From assembly GCA_965230895.1 (NCBI GenBank), contig OZ246394.1:980668-1044667 (forward strand): 64,000 nucleotides of DNA, given 5' to 3'. Origin of the DNA: an uncultured Gammaproteobacteria bacterium. Its GTDB lineage: Bacteria; Patescibacteriota; Microgenomatia; Levybacterales; UBA12049. Numbering within the stretch: position 1 is the first letter of the stretch; every line of letters begins with the position of its first letter. Positions 1 to 9,522 of this stretch are shown here, one piece after another. The notes beneath the pieces are model-generated. The model was not told where the DNA came from. It searched no databases and saw only the letters and a list, made by a program, of their open reading frames with translations. The translations under genes and the position numbers were made by a program.

Positions 1-31
1 ATATGTATGTAGTTTAATAAACTATACTATA

Positions 32-1234
32 TTACAAATTGTTCGTTTTGGAACGATGAAGTGGCAAATGAAAATGATTTGCTAAAAAAGCCAATCTTCC
101 TGAAGCAGCAAGTGATGGAGCGTGTTCTTTCTTCGCCTCAAGAGCAATCTTCTCAATTGTGTGTAGGAAATATAATAAATCAGGCTTTGTAACTTCACCA
201 ATATTTGCGACTTGGAAAACTTTTCCTTCCAATGGTCCTTTACCGTTATAAATAACAATTCTTCGCTCTTTTAATTTTTGTTTTAGTTGATCTGCATTAA
301 TATATGATGGAACCATTACTGTTGTCAAAACAGAAGACATTACGGATTCTCCAAGCTCATCTAGTAAGAAAGTAAATCCAAGTTTTTTCAGACCATGTCG
401 CAATACGAAAGCGCGTTCTGCAATTATTTTTCTTCTTTCTTGAATCCCTGTTATGAGAATATTTGCTAACGCTTGATCAAGCGCTGAGAAAAGATGTACG
501 GCTGGTGTATTTGGTGTTTGATTGATTGTTTTCGAATAGTGATATAGATTATAGAGGTTGAGGTACATTATTTTGCGAGGTATATCTTTGAGGTTTTCAA
601 GAGCCTTCTTTTCGGCAATAATAATACCAATTCCAGGAAGAGATCCAATTGCCTTTCCTGAAGATGTTGTACAATAAGTAATATTCCATTTTTCAATATC
701 GACTTTCTCCGCACTTGCGCTACTGACAGTATCGACAAATAACTGGGCACCATACTTCTTTGCTAATTTACCAACAGTGGAAACTGGATTTAGCATACCA
801 GTACTTGTTTCATGATGGACCATTACGACAAGATCGACTTCATGGTTTTGCAAATATTCTTCAATTTTTTTGATATCAAGGGCTTCAGCCCATTGGAAAG
901 AAATTTTATTCGTGTTTCTATTGTGCAATTTTGCAATTGTGTAGAGGCGTTCTCCGAATTCTCCATTTGTTAGTACTAAAATATTTTTCCCTTTACCGAG
1001 TGATGAAAGTACTGTCTCGTTTGCTGCAGTCCCAGAACCAGTAATAATTAATGGGTGATATTTTGATTGGTTCTTAATTTCAAACACATCAAGAACTCGC
1101 TTTTTCAAGCGACTCATTACTTCACAAAACTCTTCTTCACGATGCCCGATATGATTTGATAATGCCTGAACCACATTTGGCGCAACATTTACCGGACCAG
1201 GGCAGAGTAAAATATGTTCTTTAAATTTATTCAT
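32..1234 (-). CDS. PLP-dependent class V aminotransferase (serine-pyruvate / 2-aminoethylphosphonate transaminase-like)
   Basis: LLCPGP N-terminus, GSGTAANE, VHHETSTG, DTVSS, PLP-lysine motif TSSGKAIG, TPNTP. Confidence 0.85.
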   Translation of the reverse strand: MNKFKEHILLCPGPVNVAPNVVQALSNHIGHREEEFCEVMSRLKKRVLDVFEIKNQSKYHPLIITGSGTAANETVLSSLGKGKNILVLTNGEFGERLYTIAKLHNRNTNKISFQWAEALDIKKIEEYLQNHEVDLVVMVHHETSTGMLNPVSTVGKLAKKYGAQLFVDTVSSASAEKVDIEKWNITYCTTSSGKAIGSLPGIGIIIAEKKALENLKDIPRKIMYLNLYNLYHYSKTINQTPNTPAVHLFSALDQALANILITGIQERRKIIAERAFVLRHGLKKLGFTFLLDELGESVMSSVLTTVMVPSYINADQLKQKLKERRIVIYNGKGPLEGKVFQVANIGEVTKPDLLYFLHTIEKIALEAKKEHAPSLAASGRLAFLANHFHLPLHRSKTNNL

Positions 1235-1394
1235 AATTTATAAATCAAAAAGACAATAAAAATAACAATATTAATTAATTAAACTAAAAAAACAAAAACC
1301 ACAAACAAGACACTTTCGCTTACCGTTAGAAGATGGCAGTCTAAGGTGAGGGGTCGAAGACAGGCTTTAGAACTATATTTCTCATTACTCTGTT

Positions 1395-1423
1395 ATTATA
1401 ATACTCCTTTAAAGAATGCACAA
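1395..1423 (-). promoter_or_regulatory. putative sigma70 promoter for the aminotransferase (TTGTGC-17-TATAAT)
   Basis: Minus-strand TTGTGC (1423-1418), 17-nt spacer, TATAAT (1400-1395). Confidence 0.45.
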
Positions 1424-1517
1424 GTAGATTCTTAAGTTTTGATTAAGGATGAGATTTATACATTATTTTTTCGTTCTTCTTACATTCTCCTTGTAATTGC
1501 AGAGTAATATATGCTTC

Positions 1518-2492
1518 ATGGACTTTAAATCTTACACAAAAGAACTTAATTTCAAAGTCATAAGTGATATCGAAACAGCTAAAGACATGTGGGAATATTT
1601 CTCTCCACAAGGTGAAATTGATGATGATTGGAATTTCCGATATACATTCTATAAGTATTTGAAATTTCCTTTACATTTCATCGTTGGTTATGATGGATCG
1701 AAGCCAGTTGGACTTTTCCCCTTACAAATGAATACTGGTAAAGGACCAATTCCACAAAACTATGAATTTAAGAAAAACTTTCTAGAATTTTTTGGTGGAG
1801 ACGACATGGATAGTAATACAGTATTTATCAAAGAAGGCTATGAACTTTCAATCCCACAGTTCTTGCAACAAATTAATGAAGCAAGTATCTTAGCACCACT
1901 CGCAAATGAGTATGGATTAAACACACTTCATCCTGGTGAATACACAACAAAGTATATTGCAGACCTTAAAGGCATGAAAGAATTTCGAGATTTTACAATG
2001 AAATTCTTTGATGGAAAAGGCAGAGGCAAGCTAAACAACCAATTGAGTAAACTTCACCGAACATACAAAATTCAAATTAAAGATGCAACAAGTGATGATC
2101 TTGAGTTACTTTTTGATTATAATATAAAACGCTTTGGAGAAACTTCATCCTTTCAGTGGGAATATAGAAAACAGGTTTTTTATGACCTTATGAAGCACTA
2201 CGATTATGATGTCTTTAAAGTTATTATTGATGATGAAGTAAAAGCTATTTCTTTTTCTCTTCTCTATAAAAAAGCATATTTATCTATGAACATTGGTTAT
2301 GATTATGATATACGAGATTTAGGAAAACTCGTCGTTAGTACACAATTCGAGCGAGCAATTAAATTGAAATGTGATGTATATGATGGTGGTAAAGGTGATA
2401 GCGGATGGAAAGAACAATTTCATCTTACGAGAATTCCGCAATATATATTAACAATTCCTGGAAATATCAGTAAACAAGTGGTCTATCGATAA
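1518..2492 (+). CDS. GNAT-family acetyltransferase (CelD/BcsL, Acetyltransf_6-like)
   Basis: C-terminal YLSMNIGYD..DLGKL..YDGGKGDSGWK pattern; start set at the ATG at 1518. Confidence 0.7.
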   Translation: MDFKSYTKELNFKVISDIETAKDMWEYFSPQGEIDDDWNFRYTFYKYLKFPLHFIVGYDGSKPVGLFPLQMNTGKGPIPQNYEFKKNFLEFFGGDDMDSNTVFIKEGYELSIPQFLQQINEASILAPLANEYGLNTLHPGEYTTKYIADLKGMKEFRDFTMKFFDGKGRGKLNNQLSKLHRTYKIQIKDATSDDLELLFDYNIKRFGETSSFQWEYRKQVFYDLMKHYDYDVFKVIIDDEVKAISFSLLYKKAYLSMNIGYDYDIRDLGKLVVSTQFERAIKLKCDVYDGGKGDSGWKEQFHLTRIPQYILTIPGNISKQVVYR

Positions 2493-2549
2493 CACGTAAA
2501 CGATTATTCTTCTCTGCATAAAATCATGTGATCTGATACAATAGCCGCT

Positions 2550-4358
2550 GTGGATACTGCTCATAAAACGCTTCAGAAATATTTTGGATACGAAACATTC
2601 CGTCCTTTGCAAAAAGATATTGTCAAAGACGTATTAAACAAAAAAAACGTTTTCGTTCTCATGCCAACTGGGGGGGGAAAGTCTCTTTGCTATCAGCTAC
2701 CGAGTGTTGTGATGCCCGGAACAACTATTGTAATATCTCCCCTTATTTCTCTTATGAAAGATCAAGTAGATGCACTTAATATTAGTGGAATTAAAGCAGC
2801 ATTTTTGAATAGTTCACTTTCAACTTCCGAACAAAAAAAAGTGTTGCAACAATTACGCTCAAAAGAAATTTCACTTTTATATGTGGCGCCCGAAAGACTT
2901 GCACAACCTGGATTTATAGAAATTTTAAAAGATGTTGATATAAACTTCTTTGCAATTGATGAAGCACATTGTATTTCACAATGGGGACATGATTTTCGCC
3001 CAGAGTATCGTCAATTAAAAATGCTCAGAAAATATTTTCCTGAAAAATCAATCATTGCACTTACGGCTACAGCGACACCGCGCGTAAAATCAGACATAGT
3101 TTCAGAACTGCAAATTCCTGATGCATCAGTCTATCAAGCAAGTTTTGTCCGCCCAAATCTGTCATATAAAATAGTACCGAAACAAAAACCATTTGATCAA
3201 ACGCTTGCATTTATTAAAAGTAGAATGGCAAGTGATGCAGGGATAGTTTACTGTCAATCGCGAAAGAAAGTTGAAAGTGTTGCAGAGAGATTAGAGACAG
3301 AAGGCATCCGTGCACTACCCTATCATGCAGGTCTTCCGGATGAAGTTCGACAAAAGGATCAAGAGCGATTTTTGAAAGAAGACGTGGATGTAATCGTTGC
3401 GACAGTTGCATTCGGGATGGGCATCAATAAATCAAATGTGCGATATATCGTCCACTATGATTTACCTCAAAGTCTCGAGCATTATTACCAGGAAACTGGC
3501 CGTGCAGGTCGTGACGGTTTGCCAAGCGAATGTCTTTTCCTGTATAGCATTGCGGATAAATATGCATACGAACGATTTATTTTAGAGAAACAAAGTGATG
3601 AAGAACAATTGATTGCAAAAGCACAATTACAACGAGTTGTCGATTATGCTACAAGCCGAATTTGCAGGAGAAATTTTTTACTGCAATATTTTGCCGAAGA
3701 AACAAAAGAAGCAAAGTGCAATTCATGTGACAATTGTCTTAATCCTCAAGAAACAATTGATGGGACAGTACTTGCACAGAAAATACTTTCGTGTGTATAT
3801 CGGGTGCAAGAACGATTCGGGATTGGACACATTGCAGGAGTCCTTACTGGTTCTCAACAGCAAAAGATTATGCAATACAATCATGACAAACTCACAACAT
3901 ATGGCATCATAACAGATTATTCTTCGCAAGAAGTAAAGATGTTTATCTATGAACTTTTGCAATTAGGATATTTACAGCAATCAAAAGATCAATATGGACT
4001 TCTTTCTCTAACGCCGCAAAGTAAAGCATTGCTCACAGGAAAAAATAAAATTCTTTTAACCAAGCCAATGGAGCAAAAGATTGTAGTGAAAGAGACGCGT
4101 GAGACATATGATGATTACCAGGTAAATTCACAACTCTTTAATCGTTTAAGAGCACTTCGAAAGAAACTTGCAGATGAAAAAAATGTTCCGCCTTATATCA
4201 TTTTTTCTGATGCGACGCTTAAAGAAATGGCTGCAATAATTCCGTTAAGTTTGAAACAATTTGCAAATATCAAAGGAGTTGGTGCACAAAAATTAGCACA
4301 GTATGGAGATATTTTTATTGCAACAATTAAAGAGTTTGTATCCGAGAAGATGAAGTAA
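2550..4358 (+). CDS. recQ: ATP-dependent DNA helicase RecQ
   Basis: MPTGGGKSLCYQ, DEAHCISQWGHDFRP, QETGRAGRDG, Zn motif CRR..CNSCDNC, RQC and HRDC domains. Confidence 0.97.
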   Translation: MDTAHKTLQKYFGYETFRPLQKDIVKDVLNKKNVFVLMPTGGGKSLCYQLPSVVMPGTTIVISPLISLMKDQVDALNISGIKAAFLNSSLSTSEQKKVLQQLRSKEISLLYVAPERLAQPGFIEILKDVDINFFAIDEAHCISQWGHDFRPEYRQLKMLRKYFPEKSIIALTATATPRVKSDIVSELQIPDASVYQASFVRPNLSYKIVPKQKPFDQTLAFIKSRMASDAGIVYCQSRKKVESVAERLETEGIRALPYHAGLPDEVRQKDQERFLKEDVDVIVATVAFGMGINKSNVRYIVHYDLPQSLEHYYQETGRAGRDGLPSECLFLYSIADKYAYERFILEKQSDEEQLIAKAQLQRVVDYATSRICRRNFLLQYFAEETKEAKCNSCDNCLNPQETIDGTVLAQKILSCVYRVQERFGIGHIAGVLTGSQQQKIMQYNHDKLTTYGIITDYSSQEVKMFIYELLQLGYLQQSKDQYGLLSLTPQSKALLTGKNKILLTKPMEQKIVVKETRETYDDYQVNSQLFNRLRALRKKLADEKNVPPYIIFSDATLKEMAAIIPLSLKQFANIKGVGAQKLAQYGDIFIATIKEFVSEKMK

Positions 4359-4838
4359 TTATCGCACTTTACTTGAGACTACTTTTGAAGAAGAAGACTT
4401 ATCATCAGGTTGTGAACCAAGATTAATAAGAAATATTGCGATAACTGCAAACACGAGCCCTACAATCTGCATAGGTGTAAGGTTACTTTTGAAGATTAAA
4501 AATGCTAAAAAAGCGACAACACTTGATTGCATACCTGCAACCGCCAAAGCAAGTCCTGCATTTGGAGCAATTGCTGCGGCTTGATATAAAAGATAATTTC
4601 CCAATGCACTTAAAATACCAATTACAAGAAGAAGCATGATATTGCCTGTGGTTATCTCAAATTTTTGATTGCCGAAATAAAACGTCTGTATTGAATAATA
4701 CACTACAAATATCACACCTATCCCTAAAAGAATGAATGAAACTGGGAGTCCTCCTTTTGCAAGTACAGTGATAAGAAATGACATGGTTGAAAGGCAAGCG
4801 AGTGCTGACAATGAAAAAATGAACCAGGTATTATTCAT
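4359..4838 (-). CDS. EamA/DMT-like small membrane transporter
   Basis: About five hydrophobic segments; ATG at 4838 sits 1 nt after the secA stop. Confidence 0.65.
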   Translation of the reverse strand: MNNTWFIFSLSALACLSTMSFLITVLAKGGLPVSFILLGIGVIFVVYYSIQTFYFGNQKFEITTGNIMLLLVIGILSALGNYLLYQAAAIAPNAGLALAVAGMQSSVVAFLAFLIFKSNLTPMQIVGLVFAVIAIFLINLGSQPDDKSSSSKVVSSKVR

Positions 4839-4839
4839 A

Positions 4840-7626
4840 TTATTCGCCAGTTTGAGGATAATGGCATTTTTTCCATTTTTTGCCTGATCCACACCAACAT
4901 GGATCGTTGCGACTTAATTTTGCTTTTGCAGATTTTGGTGCTGCAGGCTTTACAGAGACTTCACTTTCAGGTGTATTTGTCACTATCTTTCGGGGAGCTG
5001 CTTGTCCTGGAACTTCAGGGTGTGCAGGACCCTGGTGGACGGAACCATCTGCATGTGTATGTGTCTCTGTAGTATGAACATGTCCAGGTGCACCATGAGG
5101 AGGATTTGTACCAGGTTGTCCTTGTACTTGGACTTTGTAAATTCTGCGGACAATTTCATCATCGATACCGACAATTAATGTTTCAAACATACGAAACGCT
5201 TCGTTTTTATATTCAACCAATGGATCACGCTGTGCATATCCACGAAGTCCAATACCTTGGCGCAAATTATCAATTGCATCCAAGTGATTCATCCATAAGT
5301 TATCAATAACTGATAATGAAACAAATTTTTCAACTTGCCGCATTAATTGTGGACCAAGCTGCTCTTCTCTTTTTGCATAGACATCATTTGCAAGATTGAT
5401 AAGGAAATCTGTTTTTTCTTCGGTTCCTTTAATCTGTTGTAACTGCGTAAGTAACTGTACTTTTGATGCTTCGTCAAAAGGAATAATCATGACAAAAGCA
5501 TCGACGATTTCTTGATTCACTTTTAATGGTTCTTCAGAAGCACTTGCAACTGACAATTCGACCAAACTACGGATTGCATTATGGATTCGTTCAAGCACAT
5601 CTTCTTTTAGAGTACTTGTCTCATCAAGCTTTGATTCAAGAATTGTTCGGCGTCGGCCATAAATGATTTCGCGCTGCTTATTAAGAACATCATCATATTC
5701 AACCAAATGCTTACGAGTATCGAAATTAAATCCTTCAACTTTAACCTGTGCATTTTCAATTGATTTACTAACCAGTGGATGTTCAAGTGGAACATCCTCA
5801 GGCATATTAAATCGGGTCATTAATCCTGCAATTCGGTCTCCACCAAAGAGTCGCATGATTTCATCATCCAATGCTACGAAGAAGCGAGAAGCTCCAGGGT
5901 CACCTTGTCGACCAGATCGCCCACGAAGCTGATTATCAATACGTCGAGATTCATGTCGTTCCGTGCCAATGACATATAACCCACCAAGTTTCAATACTTC
6001 ATCATGTTCTTTTTCCCATTGCTTGTATTCTTTTGAAGACCTATTAACGGTACCATCATCATTCTTTGGTGTTTCTCCACCCAAAACGATATCAACTCCA
6101 CGACCTGCCATGTTTGTAGCGACGGTCACAGCACCTTTTTTACCAGCATCTGCGATAATCTCAGCTTCTTTTGCATGGTTTTTCGCATTCAAGACCTGAT
6201 GCTTAATCTTTCGACGGCGAAGAAGTTCAGAGATAATTTCATTTTTATCAATAGATGTTGTACCAACGAGAACAGGCTGTCCTTTTTTATATGCTTCTTC
6301 GATTGAATCAACTGCTGCAGAATACTTTGCTCGAGCTGTTTTATAGACAGCATCAGCATGATCAAGACGTTGCACTTCACGATATGTTGGGATAACGACA
6401 ACATCTAACTTGTAAATCTTCTTAAATTCTTCTGCTTCAGTTAACGCAGTACCAGTCATACCAGAAAGCGTATCGTACATACGGAAGTAATTCTGAAGTG
6501 AAACTGTCGCAAGAGTCTTTGATTCACGTTGAATTGGAACTCCTTCCTTAGCTTCAATCGCTTGATGAATACCTTCTGAAAGTCGACGTCCTTCAAGAAG
6601 TCGTCCAGTGAATTCATCAACCAAAACAACTTGATTGTCTTGAACAATATATTCTTTTTCACGATGAAACAATGCACGCGCTTTCAGTGCTGCTTCTAAA
6701 TGATAGACAGTTTCAAAATCTTTTTCATAAATGTCTTTGATACCATATAACTTCTCAATTTTTCCTATACCATGATCTGTTAAATGCGCAGTCTTAAACT
6801 TTTCATCAATTTTGAAATCAGTTTCAGGAGATAATTTATCAACAACTTTTGCGTATTCGTAATATCGTTGTGATGGAGATTCATCAGGCGCTGAAATAAT
6901 GTGAGGAGTTCGAGCTTCGTCAATAAGTACAGAGTCGACTTCGTCCACAATTGCATAGTTATATCCTCGTTGAACAAGACTATTCATATCTTGTGCCATA
7001 TTGTCGCGAAGATAATCAAAACCAAATTCGGAATTAATACCATACGTTACATCTGCAGCATATGCTTCTTTTCGATTAATGTTTTTTAGGTGGAGCAAAC
7101 GATAATCTGTTGCTTGTGCATTTGTATAATCAGCATCATAAATAAATGATTGATCGTTAATCATTGCAGCCACACTGACTCCAAGCATGTCGAAAACTGG
7201 TCCCATCCAACCAGCATCACGACGTGCGAGGTAATCATTTACAGTAACCAAATGTGCACCTTTGCCTGTTAAACTGTGGAGGTAAAGCGCAGGAACAGCT
7301 GTTAACGTCTTTCCTTCACCGGTTTTTTGTTCAGCAACTTTTCCTTGAGCTAATGTAATAGCACCCATCAATTGCTGATCAAAATGACGCATGCCAAGCG
7401 TTCTTCGAGCAGCTTCTCGTGCAAGGGCAAATGCTTCAGGAAGTAAATCGAGGACTTTTTCTCCATCAGCAATTCGTTTCTTAAACTCTTCAGTCTTTTT
7501 TGGAAAATCTTTATCCTTGAGTTTTTTGACCTTGTCTTCTTCGGCATTAATTGCATCAACAATTGGCTGGAGCTTTTTGATTTCTTGTTTATTTGAATCG
7601 AAGAGTTTGTTAATTATTCCTAGCAT
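4840..7626 (-). CDS. secA: preprotein translocase ATPase SecA
   Basis: TGEGKTL, DEVDSVLIDEARTP, ATNMAGRG, C-terminal SEC-C motif CWCGSGKKWKKCH. Confidence 0.98.
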   Translation of the reverse strand: MLGIINKLFDSNKQEIKKLQPIVDAINAEEDKVKKLKDKDFPKKTEEFKKRIADGEKVLDLLPEAFALAREAARRTLGMRHFDQQLMGAITLAQGKVAEQKTGEGKTLTAVPALYLHSLTGKGAHLVTVNDYLARRDAGWMGPVFDMLGVSVAAMINDQSFIYDADYTNAQATDYRLLHLKNINRKEAYAADVTYGINSEFGFDYLRDNMAQDMNSLVQRGYNYAIVDEVDSVLIDEARTPHIISAPDESPSQRYYEYAKVVDKLSPETDFKIDEKFKTAHLTDHGIGKIEKLYGIKDIYEKDFETVYHLEAALKARALFHREKEYIVQDNQVVLVDEFTGRLLEGRRLSEGIHQAIEAKEGVPIQRESKTLATVSLQNYFRMYDTLSGMTGTALTEAEEFKKIYKLDVVVIPTYREVQRLDHADAVYKTARAKYSAAVDSIEEAYKKGQPVLVGTTSIDKNEIISELLRRRKIKHQVLNAKNHAKEAEIIADAGKKGAVTVATNMAGRGVDIVLGGETPKNDDGTVNRSSKEYKQWEKEHDEVLKLGGLYVIGTERHESRRIDNQLRGRSGRQGDPGASRFFVALDDEIMRLFGGDRIAGLMTRFNMPEDVPLEHPLVSKSIENAQVKVEGFNFDTRKHLVEYDDVLNKQREIIYGRRRTILESKLDETSTLKEDVLERIHNAIRSLVELSVASASEEPLKVNQEIVDAFVMIIPFDEASKVQLLTQLQQIKGTEEKTDFLINLANDVYAKREEQLGPQLMRQVEKFVSLSVIDNLWMNHLDAIDNLRQGIGLRGYAQRDPLVEYKNEAFRMFETLIVGIDDEIVRRIYKVQVQGQPGTNPPHGAPGHVHTTETHTHADGSVHQGPAHPEVPGQAAPRKIVTNTPESEVSVKPAAPKSAKAKLSRNDPCWCGSGKKWKKCHYPQTGE

Positions 7627-7706
7627 ATGTGTTTGTCATTTGAAGGAATGACGTTTAGCAATTTATAATAGCACATTGCAGCCTCAATTGAAACAGTAGT
7701 TTCTGC

Positions 7707-8963
7707 CTATTTTAGAGGAACAATTTTGTCTTTACCCATGTACTTTTGTAAGACTTGTGGGATCAATACTGAGCCATCTTCTTGCTGGAAATTTTCAAGG
7801 ATTGCAGCAATTGGACGATTCATAGAGAACGCTGTACCGTTAAGAACATTGAGATATTTTCTCTGATCGCCATCTTGATATCGCATGTTTAAGCGTCGAG
7901 ATTGGAAGTCGGTGACGGTAGATGTTGATGTAACTTCTCGATACTTCTCTTGCGAAGGAAACCATGCTTCAATATCATACTTTCGCGCAGCATTAAATCC
8001 AAGATCACCTGTACAGATATAAAGAACTTGATAAGGCAAACCTAGATCCTGGAAAAACTTTTCTTCAAGTGAAAGCATATATTCATGTTCGCGATCATCT
8101 TCACCTTCCGCAACAAATGAAACCATTTCTACTTTATTGAACTGATGAACACGGAAAATTCCTTTGGTATCTTTTCCATAGCTTCCTGCTTCTCTTCTAA
8201 AGCATGAGGAATAACTGACGTATCTTCGAGGTAAATCTTTTTTCTGCAACACATCATTCATATGAAGCGGCACAACGGATTGCTCAGATGTCCCTACCAA
8301 ATAAAATCCATCTTTATCAAGTTCAAAGATATTATCCTGCTCCCCCATTGCTGTATAACCAAGTCCTTCCATAATTTCTTTTTTCACTAATACTGGTGGA
8401 GTTACCGGGGTGAATCCCTCTTTAATTAAGGTATCAAAAGCAAATTGTCGCAAAGCATTTTCTAAAAGTGCACCATCACCCAATAAATAGTTGAATCGAG
8501 CGCCACTTACAACTGCGGCTTGCTTAACATCAATGATTCCTAATGCTTCACCAAGCTGGAGATGATCTTTTGGTTTGAATGAGAACTTTGGAGGTTCACC
8601 AACTGTTTTCATTACTTCGTTTTCGGAATCGTCTTTGCCAACTTTGACATCAGGTTTTGATGGATTTGGGATACTCTTGAGGATCTGTTTGAGTTGGAGA
8701 TCAACTTCTTGCAAAGCATTTTCTTTCACATCTAATGCTTCTTTCACTTTTTTGCCTTTTTCTACTTGTTCTGGAGTTGGTTTACCTGTAATGCTTTTGG
8801 CAATTGCGTTGCGGTCCTCACGGAGTTTTTGGACTTCTTTTGCAATTGATTGTGATTGTTCATCGAGTTTCAAAAGGGCTTCAGTATCGACTGTTACTCC
8901 TTTTGCTTGTGAAGCTTCTTTAATTACTTGAGGGTTTTGGCGAATACGATTAATGTCTAACAT
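7707..8963 (-). CDS. serS: serine--tRNA ligase
   Basis: MLDI start with coiled coil, GTSE, FRREAGSYGKDTKGIFRVHQF, LNGT. Confidence 0.97.
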   Translation of the reverse strand: MLDINRIRQNPQVIKEASQAKGVTVDTEALLKLDEQSQSIAKEVQKLREDRNAIAKSITGKPTPEQVEKGKKVKEALDVKENALQEVDLQLKQILKSIPNPSKPDVKVGKDDSENEVMKTVGEPPKFSFKPKDHLQLGEALGIIDVKQAAVVSGARFNYLLGDGALLENALRQFAFDTLIKEGFTPVTPPVLVKKEIMEGLGYTAMGEQDNIFELDKDGFYLVGTSEQSVVPLHMNDVLQKKDLPRRYVSYSSCFRREAGSYGKDTKGIFRVHQFNKVEMVSFVAEGEDDREHEYMLSLEEKFFQDLGLPYQVLYICTGDLGFNAARKYDIEAWFPSQEKYREVTSTSTVTDFQSRRLNMRYQDGDQRKYLNVLNGTAFSMNRPIAAILENFQQEDGSVLIPQVLQKYMGKDKIVPLK

Positions 8964-8976
8964 AGTTTTGTCTAGA

Positions 8977-9000
8977 ATCCTGAAACCAGTTCAGGATGAC
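8977..9000. repeat. REP-like palindrome ATCCTGAA-N5-TTCAGGATGAC
   Basis: Perfect 8-bp inverted repeat between rpsT and serS; resembles the dispersed GATCCTGAAACAAGTTCAGGATGAC-type repeats. Confidence 0.5.
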
Positions 9001-9046
9001 GATAATTGGAATTATACTTCTTTTTGGGAAGCTGTGCAACGAAGGA

Positions 9047-9403
9047 CTATTTGCGGGAAGTTGTTTTTCTCTTAGCTGCTTTTGCTGCACTTGCGATCTT
9101 TGCTTTTGCAAACTTTGCTGCTTTCTTTGATTTCGCTGAAACGTTCTTTGGAGCTTCCTTTACTGCGTCTGAAGCAACATGTTTTGTAAGCTGTGACTTC
9201 ATACGAGCTGCTTTGTTTGCATTAAGGATATTGTGCTTTACTGCTTTATCAACAGCACTGAAAGCTTCACTTACTGACTTTGCTTTTTTATCAGTTTCAG
9301 CAATTTTGATAAGCTTTTTGAAGACTTCTTTAACTTTCTTATTACGAGCTGTTCGAACTTTGTCCTGCTTTAATTTTTTCTTTGCGTGTTTTAATAACGG
9401 CAT
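9047..9403 (-). CDS. rpsT: 30S ribosomal protein S20 with Lys/Ala-rich C-terminal extension
   Basis: KHAKKKLKQDKVRTARN, DKAVKHNILNANKAARMKS. Confidence 0.93.
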   Translation of the reverse strand: MPLLKHAKKKLKQDKVRTARNKKVKEVFKKLIKIAETDKKAKSVSEAFSAVDKAVKHNILNANKAARMKSQLTKHVASDAVKEAPKNVSAKSKKAAKFAKAKIASAAKAAKRKTTSRK

Positions 9404-9522
9404 TTCGTAATTTTAGCATGTTATGGCTAAAAAAACAACAATCACAACAATATTGCAAAAAAACAAAACAGAGAACTTCCAATCTTATTTCAGGACGACT
9501 ATAATAGTACAGTACTAGAATT

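Noticed and set aside
2670-2677. G8 homopolymer in recQ as a phase-variation tract
   Set aside because: Encodes the conserved TGGGK Walker A motif in frame
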